Assembly (NCBI GenBank): GCA_016839745.1
Contig: JAEOTS010000009.1
Location: forward strand, 9,507 to 73,506
Origin: Promethearchaeota archaeon
GTDB lineage: Archaea > Asgardarchaeota > Lokiarchaeia > Sigyniarchaeales > SOKP01
Direction: 5' to 3'
DNA: 64,000 bases
Shown: positions 38,322 through 48,389 of the stretch, in pieces
Position numbering within the stretch: the stretch's first letter is position 1
Layout: every line of letters starts with the position of its first letter
Translations under genes and position numbers: made by a program
The notes under the pieces: model-generated
What the model saw: the letters and a program-made list of their open reading frames with translations, nothing else
Databases searched by the model: none
Told to the model about the DNA's origin: nothing

Positions 38322-38408
38322 TATTTACTAGATTGTTGAAAGTAGCTAAATATTTGAAGTTTTTACTTAGATAAACTTATTGCCTTAGAAAAAGTGAAAA
38401 AAAAGTTT

Positions 38409-39935
38409 TTAATGCTCGTGTTGATGTTCATGGCCGTGAGATTTAATATTTATTGGTCGCATTTTTCCAATTGCCCAACCTGTTACTTCATTAAGAGAGG
38501 GATGAATTACCATTGATTTATAAAGCGGCATAAAAGAACCTGCCTCAGGACAAGCTCTCCCTAACTTGTTAGAACCTGTTCTTCCGGGAAAATCGGGAGA
38601 ATCGCAGGTATAGCCTGCATTCATCAAATAGACAAAGGGTTGAACCAGCATCGCAGCGTGAGGGCCGACCACATGTGCACCTAATAATTTATAAGATTTA
38701 TCGATGACGAGTTTAACAAAACCATTATCAAAATCATCACTTTCATATCCCATTGCAAATCCTTTTGCAACTGAGGAGTAATTATTTATTGCAACATATA
38801 TCTCGTGACCATTTTCTATGGCTTCTTCTTGAGTCATTCCCACATGTCCTATTTGGGGCGATGTAAAAATAGCCCAAGGCACTACTGAATAATCTACTTC
38901 TCTTTTATCATCGGGAGGACCAAAAATGTTGTTTGCACAGATATCCGCTTCATAGTTAGCTTTATGTCTAAATTGATAAAGACCGTTAGCATCTCCAAAG
39001 CACCATATATTTGGTTTTGAAGTTTCTAAGTATTTATTGGTTTTAATCCAGCCTCTTTCGTCAGTTTCAACTCCAGTCTTCTCAACCGCCAATAAATCAG
39101 CATTAGAACGACGTCCAGCGGCAATTAAAATTTCTTCGGCTAGTAGTTCAATTTCCTTTCCACTCTCAACATTTTGAACTATAACAGTCTTTAGATTCTT
39201 TTTTATTCCTACTTTAATCGCTTTATGGTTTACTAACACAGTCATATGTTTCTTAAAATTGCGTTCTAAGAACTTGCTTATTTCAGGTTCTTCAGTCATG
39301 ACTAAACGTGGCAACATCTCAACGATGGTAACGTTTGTACCAAAAGCTGAAAATATATGTGCGAATTCAGCTGCAATTACTCCACCCCCAATAATAATTA
39401 GACTTTCCCATGGTTTTTTAGGAAATTTTTCACCAAAGAAATTCTTGTTTGTTACATATTCGATTTCGTCTAATCCTTGTATTGGAGGAATTAGAGAACG
39501 CGCGCCGGAAGCTAATACAAATTTTTCTCCTTTAAAGTGTCCAATTATTCCATTGGATTCTACAGATTTAACTATCATTTCGTAATCTCCTACAAATTCT
39601 CCTACACCTTTATAAAGTTTCAAGTTTGGTACATGCGATAGTCCTTCTTCCATTTCTTTGCTTTCGTCTATCTGACTCCACATACGCTTACCAATCAACT
39701 CCCAATCAAAATCTTCAACTCTTAATTTGATTCCTACTTTAGTAGCATGCTCTGCTTCTCTTATCAAATCAGCAGGGTGAACCAAAACTTTTGAAGGAAT
39801 GCAACCACGAGTTAAACATGTCGCTCCTAGTTTTGTGTCTTCGACTAGAACGCACTTTAAACTCATTTGAAGTCCATAATTAAGGACACTTAATCCTGCT
39901 CCAGATCCTATCACAACTAAATCATAGTTATCCAT
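38409..39935 (-). CDS. class I pyridine nucleotide-disulfide oxidoreductase (dihydrolipoyl dehydrogenase / mycothione reductase-like)
   Basis: FAD motif VVIGSGAG, redox disulfide CLTRGC, second Rossmann motif IIGGGVIAAEF, and C-terminal His-Glu dyad HPSLNE. It ends in a His-rich tail, SHGHEHQHEH. Confidence 0.8.
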   Translation of the reverse strand: MDNYDLVVIGSGAGLSVLNYGLQMSLKCVLVEDTKLGATCLTRGCIPSKVLVHPADLIREAEHATKVGIKLRVEDFDWELIGKRMWSQIDESKEMEEGLSHVPNLKLYKGVGEFVGDYEMIVKSVESNGIIGHFKGEKFVLASGARSLIPPIQGLDEIEYVTNKNFFGEKFPKKPWESLIIIGGGVIAAEFAHIFSAFGTNVTIVEMLPRLVMTEEPEISKFLERNFKKHMTVLVNHKAIKVGIKKNLKTVIVQNVESGKEIELLAEEILIAAGRRSNADLLAVEKTGVETDERGWIKTNKYLETSKPNIWCFGDANGLYQFRHKANYEADICANNIFGPPDDKREVDYSVVPWAIFTSPQIGHVGMTQEEAIENGHEIYVAINNYSSVAKGFAMGYESDDFDNGFVKLVIDKSYKLLGAHVVGPHAAMLVQPFVYLMNAGYTCDSPDFPGRTGSNKLGRACPEAGSFMPLYKSMVIHPSLNEVTGWAIGKMRPINIKSHGHEHQHEH

Positions 39936-40043
39936 ACATTCAATTCTCCATCTATCATTTTTAAAGTTTTTATTAATTTTTTAAAGATTATAGAAAAATA
40001 AGATTGTTTAAGAGAATTAATTCTAATTAAGAGGTTTTAGGGT

Positions 40044-41234
40044 CTACTTACGCATATTAATAAAACCCCCAGATTTCATTAATTCACATGGTTTAAGGAA
40101 TGTCTTATCGCTCACTTCAACGAATTCTTCCAATATTTTGGACCACTTTTCATAATTTCTCTTGCCTGAACCGAAAGGACCAGGCATACTCGTTCCTGCG
40201 AGCATCACATCATTAATTACTTTATATCCGGAAACAATATTCTCTTCTAACAACTTACATCCTTCATTGAGCATAATAGCCATTGTCATTTCGGGATTTA
40301 AAATGCCCGCTTTTTTATCTAAATTTATTTCTGCCTTCCCCCTCGTCCAATCGTAGAAGCCTCGACCTGATTTCCTTCCTAAATGCCCTTTATTGACAAG
40401 TTCAGTAAGAACCTTTCCGGGAGCGAAATCTGGAGAAAAAATCTTTTCATAACTTCTCAATGAATTATAAGTAGTATCTATCCCAAGATAATCAGTTAAT
40501 TCGCAAGGGCCCATAGGAGTTAATCTTCTTGCTTCGGCATCAGCATCGATTTGTTCCCAAGGAATACCTTTCTCTGAAGCTATATCGAAAATCCAACTAA
40601 GATAAATAATTGGTGGAATTAGTAAACGATTTGCAATAAATCCCGGACTTTCTTTCTCAATTCGAACTGAAAGTCGTTTTCCTTTAAGACATGGTAGACT
40701 TTTTCCTATTTCGACACCAATATCTAATGCTCTATCGGTTGTTTCTTCCCCTTTCATCACTTCAACACAGCATTGAAGTACAACAGGGAAGAAGAAATGC
40801 ATTCCAATAACATTTTCTGGTCTAATTGAATCTTTAGCTATGTCTGTTATTTTAAATGTCGAGGTATTTGAAGCAAAAATACAGTGTGGAGGTGAATTTT
40901 CCATAACCAGATTACATACTTGTTTTTTAATGTCTAGCTTCTCAATAATAGCTTCAAAAACGAAATCACTCTTTTTAACTGCATATGATAAATCAGTTGA
41001 TACCTTACATTTTAACATTAGATCCAAAACGGAGACTCCTTCTTCTAGTTTATCTTTTATCTGAGCTTTTTTCAAACCCTCTTTAATTTTTGACAAACCA
41101 TTGTTAACTATGTTTTCTTTAATATCAACTAAAATTACTTTATAACCTGCCATTAAAGCAACTTGAGCTATTCCATATCCCATAGCTCCTGCCCCTACAA
41201 CGGTTACATTTTTAATTTTGCTAATCTCCACCAT
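40044..41234 (-). CDS. 3-hydroxyacyl-CoA dehydrogenase (3-hydroxybutyryl-CoA dehydrogenase-like, extended C-terminus)
   Basis: N-terminal VTVVGAGAMGYGIAQV, and HFFFPV and PGFIANR motifs typical of the HAD family. 396 aa. Confidence 0.85.
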   Translation of the reverse strand: MVEISKIKNVTVVGAGAMGYGIAQVALMAGYKVILVDIKENIVNNGLSKIKEGLKKAQIKDKLEEGVSVLDLMLKCKVSTDLSYAVKKSDFVFEAIIEKLDIKKQVCNLVMENSPPHCIFASNTSTFKITDIAKDSIRPENVIGMHFFFPVVLQCCVEVMKGEETTDRALDIGVEIGKSLPCLKGKRLSVRIEKESPGFIANRLLIPPIIYLSWIFDIASEKGIPWEQIDADAEARRLTPMGPCELTDYLGIDTTYNSLRSYEKIFSPDFAPGKVLTELVNKGHLGRKSGRGFYDWTRGKAEINLDKKAGILNPEMTMAIMLNEGCKLLEENIVSGYKVINDVMLAGTSMPGPFGSGKRNYEKWSKILEEFVEVSDKTFLKPCELMKSGGFINMRK

Positions 41235-41421
41235 TTAAGGCGCCAACTCTCAATATTCAAATATCCATTGATCTCTTATTTTCCGAATATAAATCTTTTA
41301 TGTTTCTGGAATTTATCAAAACAATACTGCTTTAAATACGAGTTTTATAAAAAATTATGAAAGAGATTCAATAAAAATATTGGTTAAATAAAAATGAAAA
41401 AGTAAGAAATTAAAGTTGCAT

Positions 41422-42351
41422 TTAGTTTCCGATAATATCCTTTAACTTGGGAAAGATTCGGGGATAATGCACCGCCATGCAATGGATCCCTGCTAGGAGG
41501 TTTTTACTTCGTAATTCTGATATGAATGGTTTGAAGAAATCATAATTATATTGATCGTATAATTTTTTCTGCTCCTTTTTATCAGTGACTTCTTTTTTAA
41601 CGTTTTTCCACTTAGCTAAGATTTCTTTAGGGACGCTAACGCCAGGTACAAAAGTATCGAAACCTTTAGCAATTCCATATGACTTCATTGGAAATATTCC
41701 AAGTAATATCGGCACTTTATACTTCTTGATTTCTGTTAAAAACTCTATAGTACGATCGAGGTCGTAAACAACTTGAGTTTGGATAAATTCACAACCCGCT
41801 TCTGCTTTTCTACCTATTTTTAATATTTCTGCGCCCATTGGTTCAGCATTAGGATTTGCAGCCGCCCCAACATGTAAAGTTGGAGGTGCTTCGATCTCGT
41901 TACCGTTAATAGAACCTTTATCAACCATTTCCCTCACTAACTTTACCAGCGTTGCGGAATCAAGATCAAAAACAGGTTTTGACTCGGGCATATCGCCTAA
42001 AGCTGTGTGATCGCCTGTTAGAGAAAGAACATTGCGTATCCCTAGAGCGTGCGCGCCCATTATCATTCCCGCAATTCCTAACTTATTAACATCCCTTACA
42101 GTCATTTGCCAAACGCATTCTAAACCGGCAGCTTTTTGAATTAAATGCGTTGCAGCCATAGAATTTATTGTTACAATGCCTAAGGGACTATCTGTCACAT
42201 TTGCAGCAATAACATAGGGGGCCATTTCTTTAGCTTCATGGATAGTGTGAGAGAGATCCGTTGTTTTTTCAGGCTCAAGTTCACCTGTTAATATAAATTC
42301 ACCCTTCGCGATGGCCTCTCCTAATTTGGAATAAGTTTTTACTTCTGTCAT
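41422..42351 (-). CDS. metF: methylenetetrahydrofolate reductase, MetF (copy 1)
   Basis: Collinear with the second MetF at 51266..52204 (FILTGELEPEK, ANVTDSP, LSLTGDH, VGAAANPN, FIQTQ). I prefer the ATG at 42349..42351, which has GGAGGT about 10 nt upstream, over the track TTG at 42369. Confidence 0.85.
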   Translation of the reverse strand: MTEVKTYSKLGEAIAKGEFILTGELEPEKTTDLSHTIHEAKEMAPYVIAANVTDSPLGIVTINSMAATHLIQKAAGLECVWQMTVRDVNKLGIAGMIMGAHALGIRNVLSLTGDHTALGDMPESKPVFDLDSATLVKLVREMVDKGSINGNEIEAPPTLHVGAAANPNAEPMGAEILKIGRKAEAGCEFIQTQVVYDLDRTIEFLTEIKKYKVPILLGIFPMKSYGIAKGFDTFVPGVSVPKEILAKWKNVKKEVTDKKEQKKLYDQYNYDFFKPFISELRSKNLLAGIHCMAVHYPRIFPKLKDIIGN

Positions 42352-42359
42352 TTTCACAT

Positions 42360-43031
42360 TTACCTCCAAACTATCTCTCTTTGATGACCGATCTTACTCC
42401 AATCCAATGGGTCTCTTAATTTTGAAAATAAGTCTAAACGGCCTAACTCTTTTAGGCGATTATATATCGTTATCCAACCGCAGTCTTTCTCATAATCACC
42501 CACTTCACATTTTCCATCCACCATACCTCCACAAGGTCCATTCATAAGCGCTTTAGCGCAAGTTGTGACTGGACAAATACCTCCAGTTTCGTTTAACAAA
42601 CAATCGCCACACCCTTTGCAACGCATATAGAAACGTCCGATGCGTTCTGTCATTCCTATAAACTCAGTGTTATTAGCCGTGAAAACGGGTATTTCTGGAT
42701 GAGATTTCGTAAGAACTTCAATAATCGATTGTACCCCTAAACCACAGGCTAATGTTAAAATACCGTCTGAGTTTTTAACATCCTCATCAATCTTGCGTAA
42801 ATCTTTTTTCATCACACGGTTATCACAAACATCCTCGCTCACTATTGCATTAGTAACATTAAATCCCCTTTCTTTTAGTTTTTCCGACCATTCCTCAGCT
42901 CCTTCACTCCCCCCAGTTTGACAGAGAGCTGCGCAAACCCCACAGCTCACGACTAATATATTTTTTACTTTATAATTGTTAAGAGCTTCAAAAACCTCTT
43001 CTTCCGGTTTTTTCGTTGTTATTACAACCAT
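42360..43031 (-). CDS. metV: MetV, zinc/Fe-S-type partner subunit of MetF (methylene-THF reductase C-terminal-domain protein)
   Basis: The Cys-rich block CKGCGDCLLNETGGICPVTTCAKALMNGPCGGMVDGKCEV is characteristic of acetogen MetV. Confidence 0.85.
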   Translation of the reverse strand: MVVITTKKPEEEVFEALNNYKVKNILVVSCGVCAALCQTGGSEGAEEWSEKLKERGFNVTNAIVSEDVCDNRVMKKDLRKIDEDVKNSDGILTLACGLGVQSIIEVLTKSHPEIPVFTANNTEFIGMTERIGRFYMRCKGCGDCLLNETGGICPVTTCAKALMNGPCGGMVDGKCEVGDYEKDCGWITIYNRLKELGRLDLFSKLRDPLDWSKIGHQREIVWR

Positions 43032-43214
43032 GATTTTTAACTCTTCTTTTTTGATTTTAGTTGATTTTAAATTTTAATCCTGTAATATTTGAGAAAATTA
43101 TCTAATCCATTTTAACTTAATTATTACAATAAATAAACAATTAAATGCATCAAAATGATAATTTTATCGAATTATGAAAACTAGCTGATCGAAACCTTCC
43201 AAATCAGAGCTTTT

Positions 43215-43225
43215 AAAAAAAAAAA
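43215..43225 (-). terminator. T11 tract (A11 on the plus strand) downstream of the BNR-repeat gene
   Basis: A11 at 43215..43225 lies 12 nt beyond the stop at 43237..43239. Confidence 0.4.
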
Positions 43226-43236
43226 TAAAAAGGAAT

Positions 43237-44751
43237 CTATAACTCATTCTTAATTTGATGTTTTTCCTTTGTATCTTTTGAAATATTGCGTTTATTGCGA
43301 TAGCGGAATATAACCACGACTGATATTGTCCCTATTATAAGTACTATTACAATGATAAATACTAATTCTATTGGAAATGGTAAAGCAGTAATTCCATAAG
43401 CATAATATATATCCATCTCATTATTTCTTCCGTCAGACCAAGCTATATGAGGGATTCCGTATTGATCAAGTTGAATACACATATATTCTCCAGGTCTCGT
43501 AAAAATACTCGAAGTGTCTTGGTCCGCTATAACTATTTCATCGGACAAGACAGGATCGTTTCTATTAACCCCCGTAAAATTGATTGTACGATAATAGGGT
43601 CTATAATTACCTCCAATTTCACTATAATAGACAACATGTAATCTTCCAGTCGGATCAATTACCATATCGGGATTCCATTGGTTTCCGGCAGTGTTTGGGT
43701 TCACTTGTATTCGTTCACTCCAATTTATACCATAATTATCGGAATAACGCAAGTATACATCCCATGTGTCAGCAACTTGATCAAATTTATCCGCCCATAT
43801 AACATAAAGCCGATCATCATTATCAAACTTTATTACTGGTAAGGTAGATTTACTTACTCCACCACTTGCTAGTTCAAACGCGGAATAATTTCCGTCGTCG
43901 TTAATAATTTGCGGAGTGTCAAATGATAAACCCTTATCAAGACTTTTAGAAATAAAAAGATTTCCACCCGAGCCAGGTACCCAACTCCATGCTACAAAAG
44001 GGTCTCCAGAACCATTTAAAGTAATATAAGGCCCTACAAAAAACTCATCTTCACCTATCACCGAAATTTCATGGTATGAGGCTCCTCCATCCATAGAACG
44101 CGTTACACGAATGGTTGCGTTCCCATTTGGGTCTTCTACATTAGCATCGTCATAAACAAGATACACTGTGTTATTTTCACCAACAAAGAAAGTTTCCTTA
44201 TCTGCAAAATATGTGCTATTGGAAGCTTGTATGGGATTCCATGTAACTCCGTTGTCGCTGCTTTTAGCTATCGTTATTTGTGTTAGATAACCTCCACTCG
44301 GATCATTAAAGTACTCAGGTTCGAATTCAAGATAAGCATAATAGACAGTTCCATTATACCAATATAACCACGGATCAGATTGTCGTGTAAAAGAACCAAA
44401 CATTGGCATGTCGTACGGTTGAGTCCAAGAAGTACCACCATCAAGAGATCTTACAATGCTCACGCGTGCCCCACCTCCATTATGCGTTTCTGAATTTTTC
44501 CAGCCAACGAAAATCGTTCCATCATCGCTTATTGCCATCGAAACTTCCACATGGTGGGCGTAGTTGTTGTCGTCAGTTGATAAAAGTTTATTACTTGAAA
44601 ATCCTAAAATAACTTTGTCTGTCTCTTGAGAAAGGCTTAAATTACCTGCAGCAATGGAATTAATTGAAATAAAAGTAGAAAAAGGGAGTAAAAATGCTAA
44701 AATGAATACATAAGAAGTCAAGAAGACATATGATTTTCTAATTCTATTCAT
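43237..44751 (-). CDS. BNR/Asp-box repeat (sialidase-fold) surface protein with signal peptide and C-terminal TM anchor
   Basis: Five SxDxGxxW/Y/F boxes: SLDGGTSW, SSDNGVTW, SMDGGASY, SLDKGLSF, SDNYGINW. Hydrophobic N-terminus and a C-terminal TM followed by RYRNKR. Confidence 0.75.
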   Translation of the reverse strand: MNRIRKSYVFLTSYVFILAFLLPFSTFISINSIAAGNLSLSQETDKVILGFSSNKLLSTDDNNYAHHVEVSMAISDDGTIFVGWKNSETHNGGGARVSIVRSLDGGTSWTQPYDMPMFGSFTRQSDPWLYWYNGTVYYAYLEFEPEYFNDPSGGYLTQITIAKSSDNGVTWNPIQASNSTYFADKETFFVGENNTVYLVYDDANVEDPNGNATIRVTRSMDGGASYHEISVIGEDEFFVGPYITLNGSGDPFVAWSWVPGSGGNLFISKSLDKGLSFDTPQIINDDGNYSAFELASGGVSKSTLPVIKFDNDDRLYVIWADKFDQVADTWDVYLRYSDNYGINWSERIQVNPNTAGNQWNPDMVIDPTGRLHVVYYSEIGGNYRPYYRTINFTGVNRNDPVLSDEIVIADQDTSSIFTRPGEYMCIQLDQYGIPHIAWSDGRNNEMDIYYAYGITALPFPIELVFIIVIVLIIGTISVVVIFRYRNKRNISKDTKEKHQIKNEL

Positions 44752-44908
44752 TTAGCGCCACAAATCTAATTTTATTTTTAGTAGAATATATTTTCACTAT
44801 TAATGGTTCATTTATATCAGTCAACTAATAAACATTGTTATTAAATAACACAAGTTATTTATTCCAGTTTCTTTTTAAAAAACCAAATAAAAAAAAGAAA
44901 GAAAAGGA

Positions 44909-46396
44909 TTATTGTATTAAAGTGGGAAGAATTTTTGCTAATGGAACAGCTAGACCACCTAGTAAAGAACCAATAGAAGTCAGTTTTTTCAAATAATCCT
45001 TCATGTTTTTAGTTACTTTTATAGTTCTCGTTTTTCCCTCAATAATGGTGCCATCAGAGGACATTAAAAAGATTTGAATTGTTTGTTCTCCCGTTTCTCT
45101 TGGCTCTAAAGTTAACCAAGTTGTATCTCCATTTTCTAGCATAGTTGACAATACACCTGCAATGTCAGTACTTTCAGAAGAGATTAAAGGAATGGATTCA
45201 TTCGGAATTAAAAAGCTTCCTCTCCCTTCGACTTTGATATCCAACTTTAATTTGCTAGGTTCGAAACCAGGGGCGACTACCTTTATAGCGTAATTCTTAT
45301 CCTCAGGAGCATTATTATAAAGAAAAACAAAAATATTTAACTCCGAATTCAAATAAACGACTTCCTGTGCTGAAGAATCCATATATATTGGATCTTTTGA
45401 AAGACGTTCAATGTTATCAGCGAGTTCTAATTGAAGCCTATCGATGATGTTAAAAAAACCAGGATTGAATTTTTTAATGTAATTGAATAATTTATAGATA
45501 TCAGAAGTAGAGAAGTACCACAAACCGTCAATTAACAATCCCTTTTTGACATCAAAAGAAACAGAATCTACATTAATTACTTCTTTTAATTCACGAGTAA
45601 ATTGTTCATCGGTTAAAACGCCTTGAAATCGCAAATAATATAAGAATAAGATCGATTCAATTCCAAAAGTTAATGGTAATTCATCTTCCTCGGCTTCTTT
45701 CACCTTTTGAATAAAGGACGGTGTTAAAATTTTTTCTATTCCTAGTAAGTATTCGTCCCATTTAAGATATGTAACCGGATCCAAATGATCTGCAAATACT
45801 TCAGCAAAAAAATTATCAAGAAAAATTTGATGAGTTGTGGGCTTATAGAAATCTTGAAGACCATTTACATCGTGAATATTTAGGTTTAAACTCCTAATAA
45901 TAATCGCTAATCCTAACCCTATTAACGCAAATCCTGCTGCTGCGAATCCTAAATTCAGATCTCCGAGTAATAACATTACCAAGAACAAAATTAAAGCAAT
46001 AAAACATATTGTGGCAATAATCTTTAGCAGGTTAACAACTCGTTTAACGCTTGAAAACAACATTTCAAAACCATCAAGGCTGTCTATTGGTCTCCCTCTC
46101 TTTCTTTCAAATTTTAATCTTAATTTAAGAGAAGAATTTGTCGAATTTGCACCTAAAAATAGCATTATTGAATTAAAGGCATATATACCTAATATCACGA
46201 AAAACACAATTTTTAACGTGAAATCCAACGCTGAAATAAAAGCTAGAATGGTTACTATTAGCAGAAGAATAGGAAGAATGAACAGTAGAACTTTGCCAAA
46301 TCCAGATACGTACTTAACCATTTTGCCTTGAAATCGTTCCTTTTTACTTATTTTAGATAAGTCTTTTTCTAATTCTCTTTCCATTTTATAATTCAT
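44909..46396 (-). CDS. hypothetical membrane protein (four TM helices plus a soluble C-terminal region)
   Basis: 495 aa with no recognisable motif. Confidence 0.5.
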   Translation of the reverse strand: MNYKMERELEKDLSKISKKERFQGKMVKYVSGFGKVLLFILPILLLIVTILAFISALDFTLKIVFFVILGIYAFNSIMLFLGANSTNSSLKLRLKFERKRGRPIDSLDGFEMLFSSVKRVVNLLKIIATICFIALILFLVMLLLGDLNLGFAAAGFALIGLGLAIIIRSLNLNIHDVNGLQDFYKPTTHQIFLDNFFAEVFADHLDPVTYLKWDEYLLGIEKILTPSFIQKVKEAEEDELPLTFGIESILFLYYLRFQGVLTDEQFTRELKEVINVDSVSFDVKKGLLIDGLWYFSTSDIYKLFNYIKKFNPGFFNIIDRLQLELADNIERLSKDPIYMDSSAQEVVYLNSELNIFVFLYNNAPEDKNYAIKVVAPGFEPSKLKLDIKVEGRGSFLIPNESIPLISSESTDIAGVLSTMLENGDTTWLTLEPRETGEQTIQIFLMSSDGTIIEGKTRTIKVTKNMKDYLKKLTSIGSLLGGLAVPLAKILPTLIQ

Positions 46397-46532
46397 CTTT
46401 TCAATTTCTTAAAAATTTAATAAATATATAGTTAGAATAATAAAAATCGTGATTTAAAATATTAATGAAAATAATCTCTCTTAATCTGAATTAAAAACTA
46501 AATATTTAAACAAGACATCCTTTAATAAAATC

Positions 46533-47651
46533 ATGTCGGAAATAGAGTATTATGAGATTGTAAGACAAAAATTAACTCTAGGGCCTTTATACGCGCCAAA
46601 ACATAAGAAAATCTTTGAGCTGATGAAACTCTTGTGGAATGAAGAGGAAATTGAAATACTTTCCAAATTTGAAGGCGCTGATAAATATAATTCGTTAAAA
46701 GAGTTAGTAAAATCAACTGGGATCTCAAAAGATAAACTGGTACCCATTTTAGATCGGTTATATAATAAAGGCACAATTGCTAAAGTCGAGAGCGGGTACG
46801 GGCTAGTTCCGATTCTACCAGGCATATTTGAAAGATATTTTATTAGAAGGAACGATTCTAAAGTAAATTTAAAAAGAGTAGCTGAAATATATAGGTGGTT
46901 TTTTAAGAATTTTTTACCCCCATTCTTAGTGGAAACAAATTTAAAATTTTTTAGACCGCGATTACCCGTTGACGCTAAAGAAAAATTAATACAAATAGAC
47001 GAGTCTCTTGATGTTGAGACTCAAATTCTTCCGTATGAATTAATAACTCAATTAATTGATAACTACGATGTCTTTACCGTTATTTCCTGTCAATGTCGTT
47101 TAATTGCAGAATATGGAGGAGACCCATGTAAAGTAGCACCCGCAGAAATGGGATGTTTTTTAGCAGGTGAAGGTGCTCGATCTTCCATTGAACGTGGGGC
47201 TCCAAAACTTAATAAAAAAGAAGCAATAGAATATTTAAAAAAAACAGAAAAAGCGGGATTAATTCATAATTGTGTAGCTGATAGCAGTATTGAATCTACT
47301 TTAGCCATATGTAATTGTTGTAGTTGTCATTGTGGGGCACTTGTAGCAGCAAAAGAGCATAAATACTATGCCACTTTGGCATCTAATTACACACCCAAAA
47401 TAAACGACGATCTTTGCACTAAATGCGAAATCTGCCTTAATAAGTGCCCAATGGGCGTAATTTATCATAAACTTCCTAATGAATCAGATTCTTCTGATGA
47501 ACATATGTTTATAAATGAAGATTTTTGCTTGGGGTGTGGAGTTTGTGCAACTAATTGCCCCAATGATGCTATAAAGCTAGTAAAAGTTAGAGATAATGTT
47601 CCCACAGAACAGTACAAATTCGGGACGAAAACATTTTTGGAATTGATATAA
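46533..47651 (+). CDS. Fe-S protein: N-terminal winged-helix-like region, Cys-rich middle, C-terminal 2x[4Fe-4S] ferredoxin domain
   Basis: 372 aa. Motifs CTKCEICLNKCP and CLGCGVCATNCP, additional CQCR..C and CNCCSCHC clusters, and a wHTH-like N-terminal stretch LKELVKSTGISKDKLVPILDRLYNKGTI. Confidence 0.6.
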   Translation: MSEIEYYEIVRQKLTLGPLYAPKHKKIFELMKLLWNEEEIEILSKFEGADKYNSLKELVKSTGISKDKLVPILDRLYNKGTIAKVESGYGLVPILPGIFERYFIRRNDSKVNLKRVAEIYRWFFKNFLPPFLVETNLKFFRPRLPVDAKEKLIQIDESLDVETQILPYELITQLIDNYDVFTVISCQCRLIAEYGGDPCKVAPAEMGCFLAGEGARSSIERGAPKLNKKEAIEYLKKTEKAGLIHNCVADSSIESTLAICNCCSCHCGALVAAKEHKYYATLASNYTPKINDDLCTKCEICLNKCPMGVIYHKLPNESDSSDEHMFINEDFCLGCGVCATNCPNDAIKLVKVRDNVPTEQYKFGTKTFLELI

Positions 47652-48012
47652 ATTTAACCATTAAGTTGTGAGTTTTTTTTCATATTTTTGAGAATAGTTT
47701 TATGGTTATAAATGACTAATTTCAGACAAATTTTTTTAAATAGTGCGGAAAAAGGAAAAAACAATCTTAAAAACTTCAAAAAATGATCATTTTTTAATTT
47801 TTAACTAATGTTTGGGGGACTTTTTTCCCCTTAAATAACGAATTCCTTTTTCGTTTATATTGTATTCAGAAAAAGTTAAATTATTAAGGATTCACCCGAT
47901 CTCGTAAAATTGGCTAAGGAAAATTTCCCATTACATTTATATACTTAACTAGTCTAACAATATTTAGAAAAAAAAAAAAAGAAATAAAATTTTAAAAAAG
48001 TGTGATAAAAAA

Positions 48013-48351
48013 ATGGAAATATTAAAACTTCAAGAAAAAATATTAAACCTTACGGATGAACAAATAAACGGAATATATTCTTTCGCAAGTAGAGTCACTC
48101 AAGAGACCATTGATGAGTTAGCTCCAATTTTATTAGATGTCTGTTTAGAAGCCGAATCAGGTATTCTAAAGAACGAGTTAGGCAGAGTAATATTTCATTT
48201 ACAGAAAACGGAGAGATTGAATACCCGAATTGGTTTTGAAAAACTATTGCATGGAGCCTTAAAAGTGGATACTAAAGAAGTTTTTAAGGTTCTTGAATCC
48301 GGAGCTTCAGACGCAAAGGATTTAGTTGGAAGAATCAAATCTGTATTATAA
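48013..48351 (+). CDS. hypothetical small helical protein
   Basis: 112 aa. An SD-like GTGTGATA lies 5 nt upstream of the ATG. Confidence 0.45.
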   Translation: MEILKLQEKILNLTDEQINGIYSFASRVTQETIDELAPILLDVCLEAESGILKNELGRVIFHLQKTERLNTRIGFEKLLHGALKVDTKEVFKVLESGASDAKDLVGRIKSVL

Positions 48352-48389
48352 GGAAAAAGTTTTTTTTAACTTCTTATTTTATTATAGTA

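Noticed and set aside
42352-42369. A 10-nt overlap between metV copy 1 and metF copy 1, implied by the ORF track start at 42369.
   Set aside because: That start is a TTG. An in-frame ATG at 42349..42351 has a GGAGGT about 10 nt upstream, and it gives an N-terminus matching MetF copy 2. The genes are therefore more likely separated by 8 nt.
47994-48008. Recurrent GTGTGA(T) motif (47994..48008, 51189..51205 on the minus strand, 5318..5330 on the minus strand, 60335..60360) and a shared 10-mer TGCGGAAAAA (47744..47753 and 60373..60382), considered as a common regulator site.
   Set aside because: Where it sits 5-6 nt upstream of an ATG, the GTGA(T) core matches the GGAGGTGAT-type Shine-Dalgarno complement of archaeal 16S 3-prime ends. 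A ribosome-binding site explains it. Two copies of an A-rich 10-mer in A/T-rich spacers are not statistically compelling without a genome-wide count.
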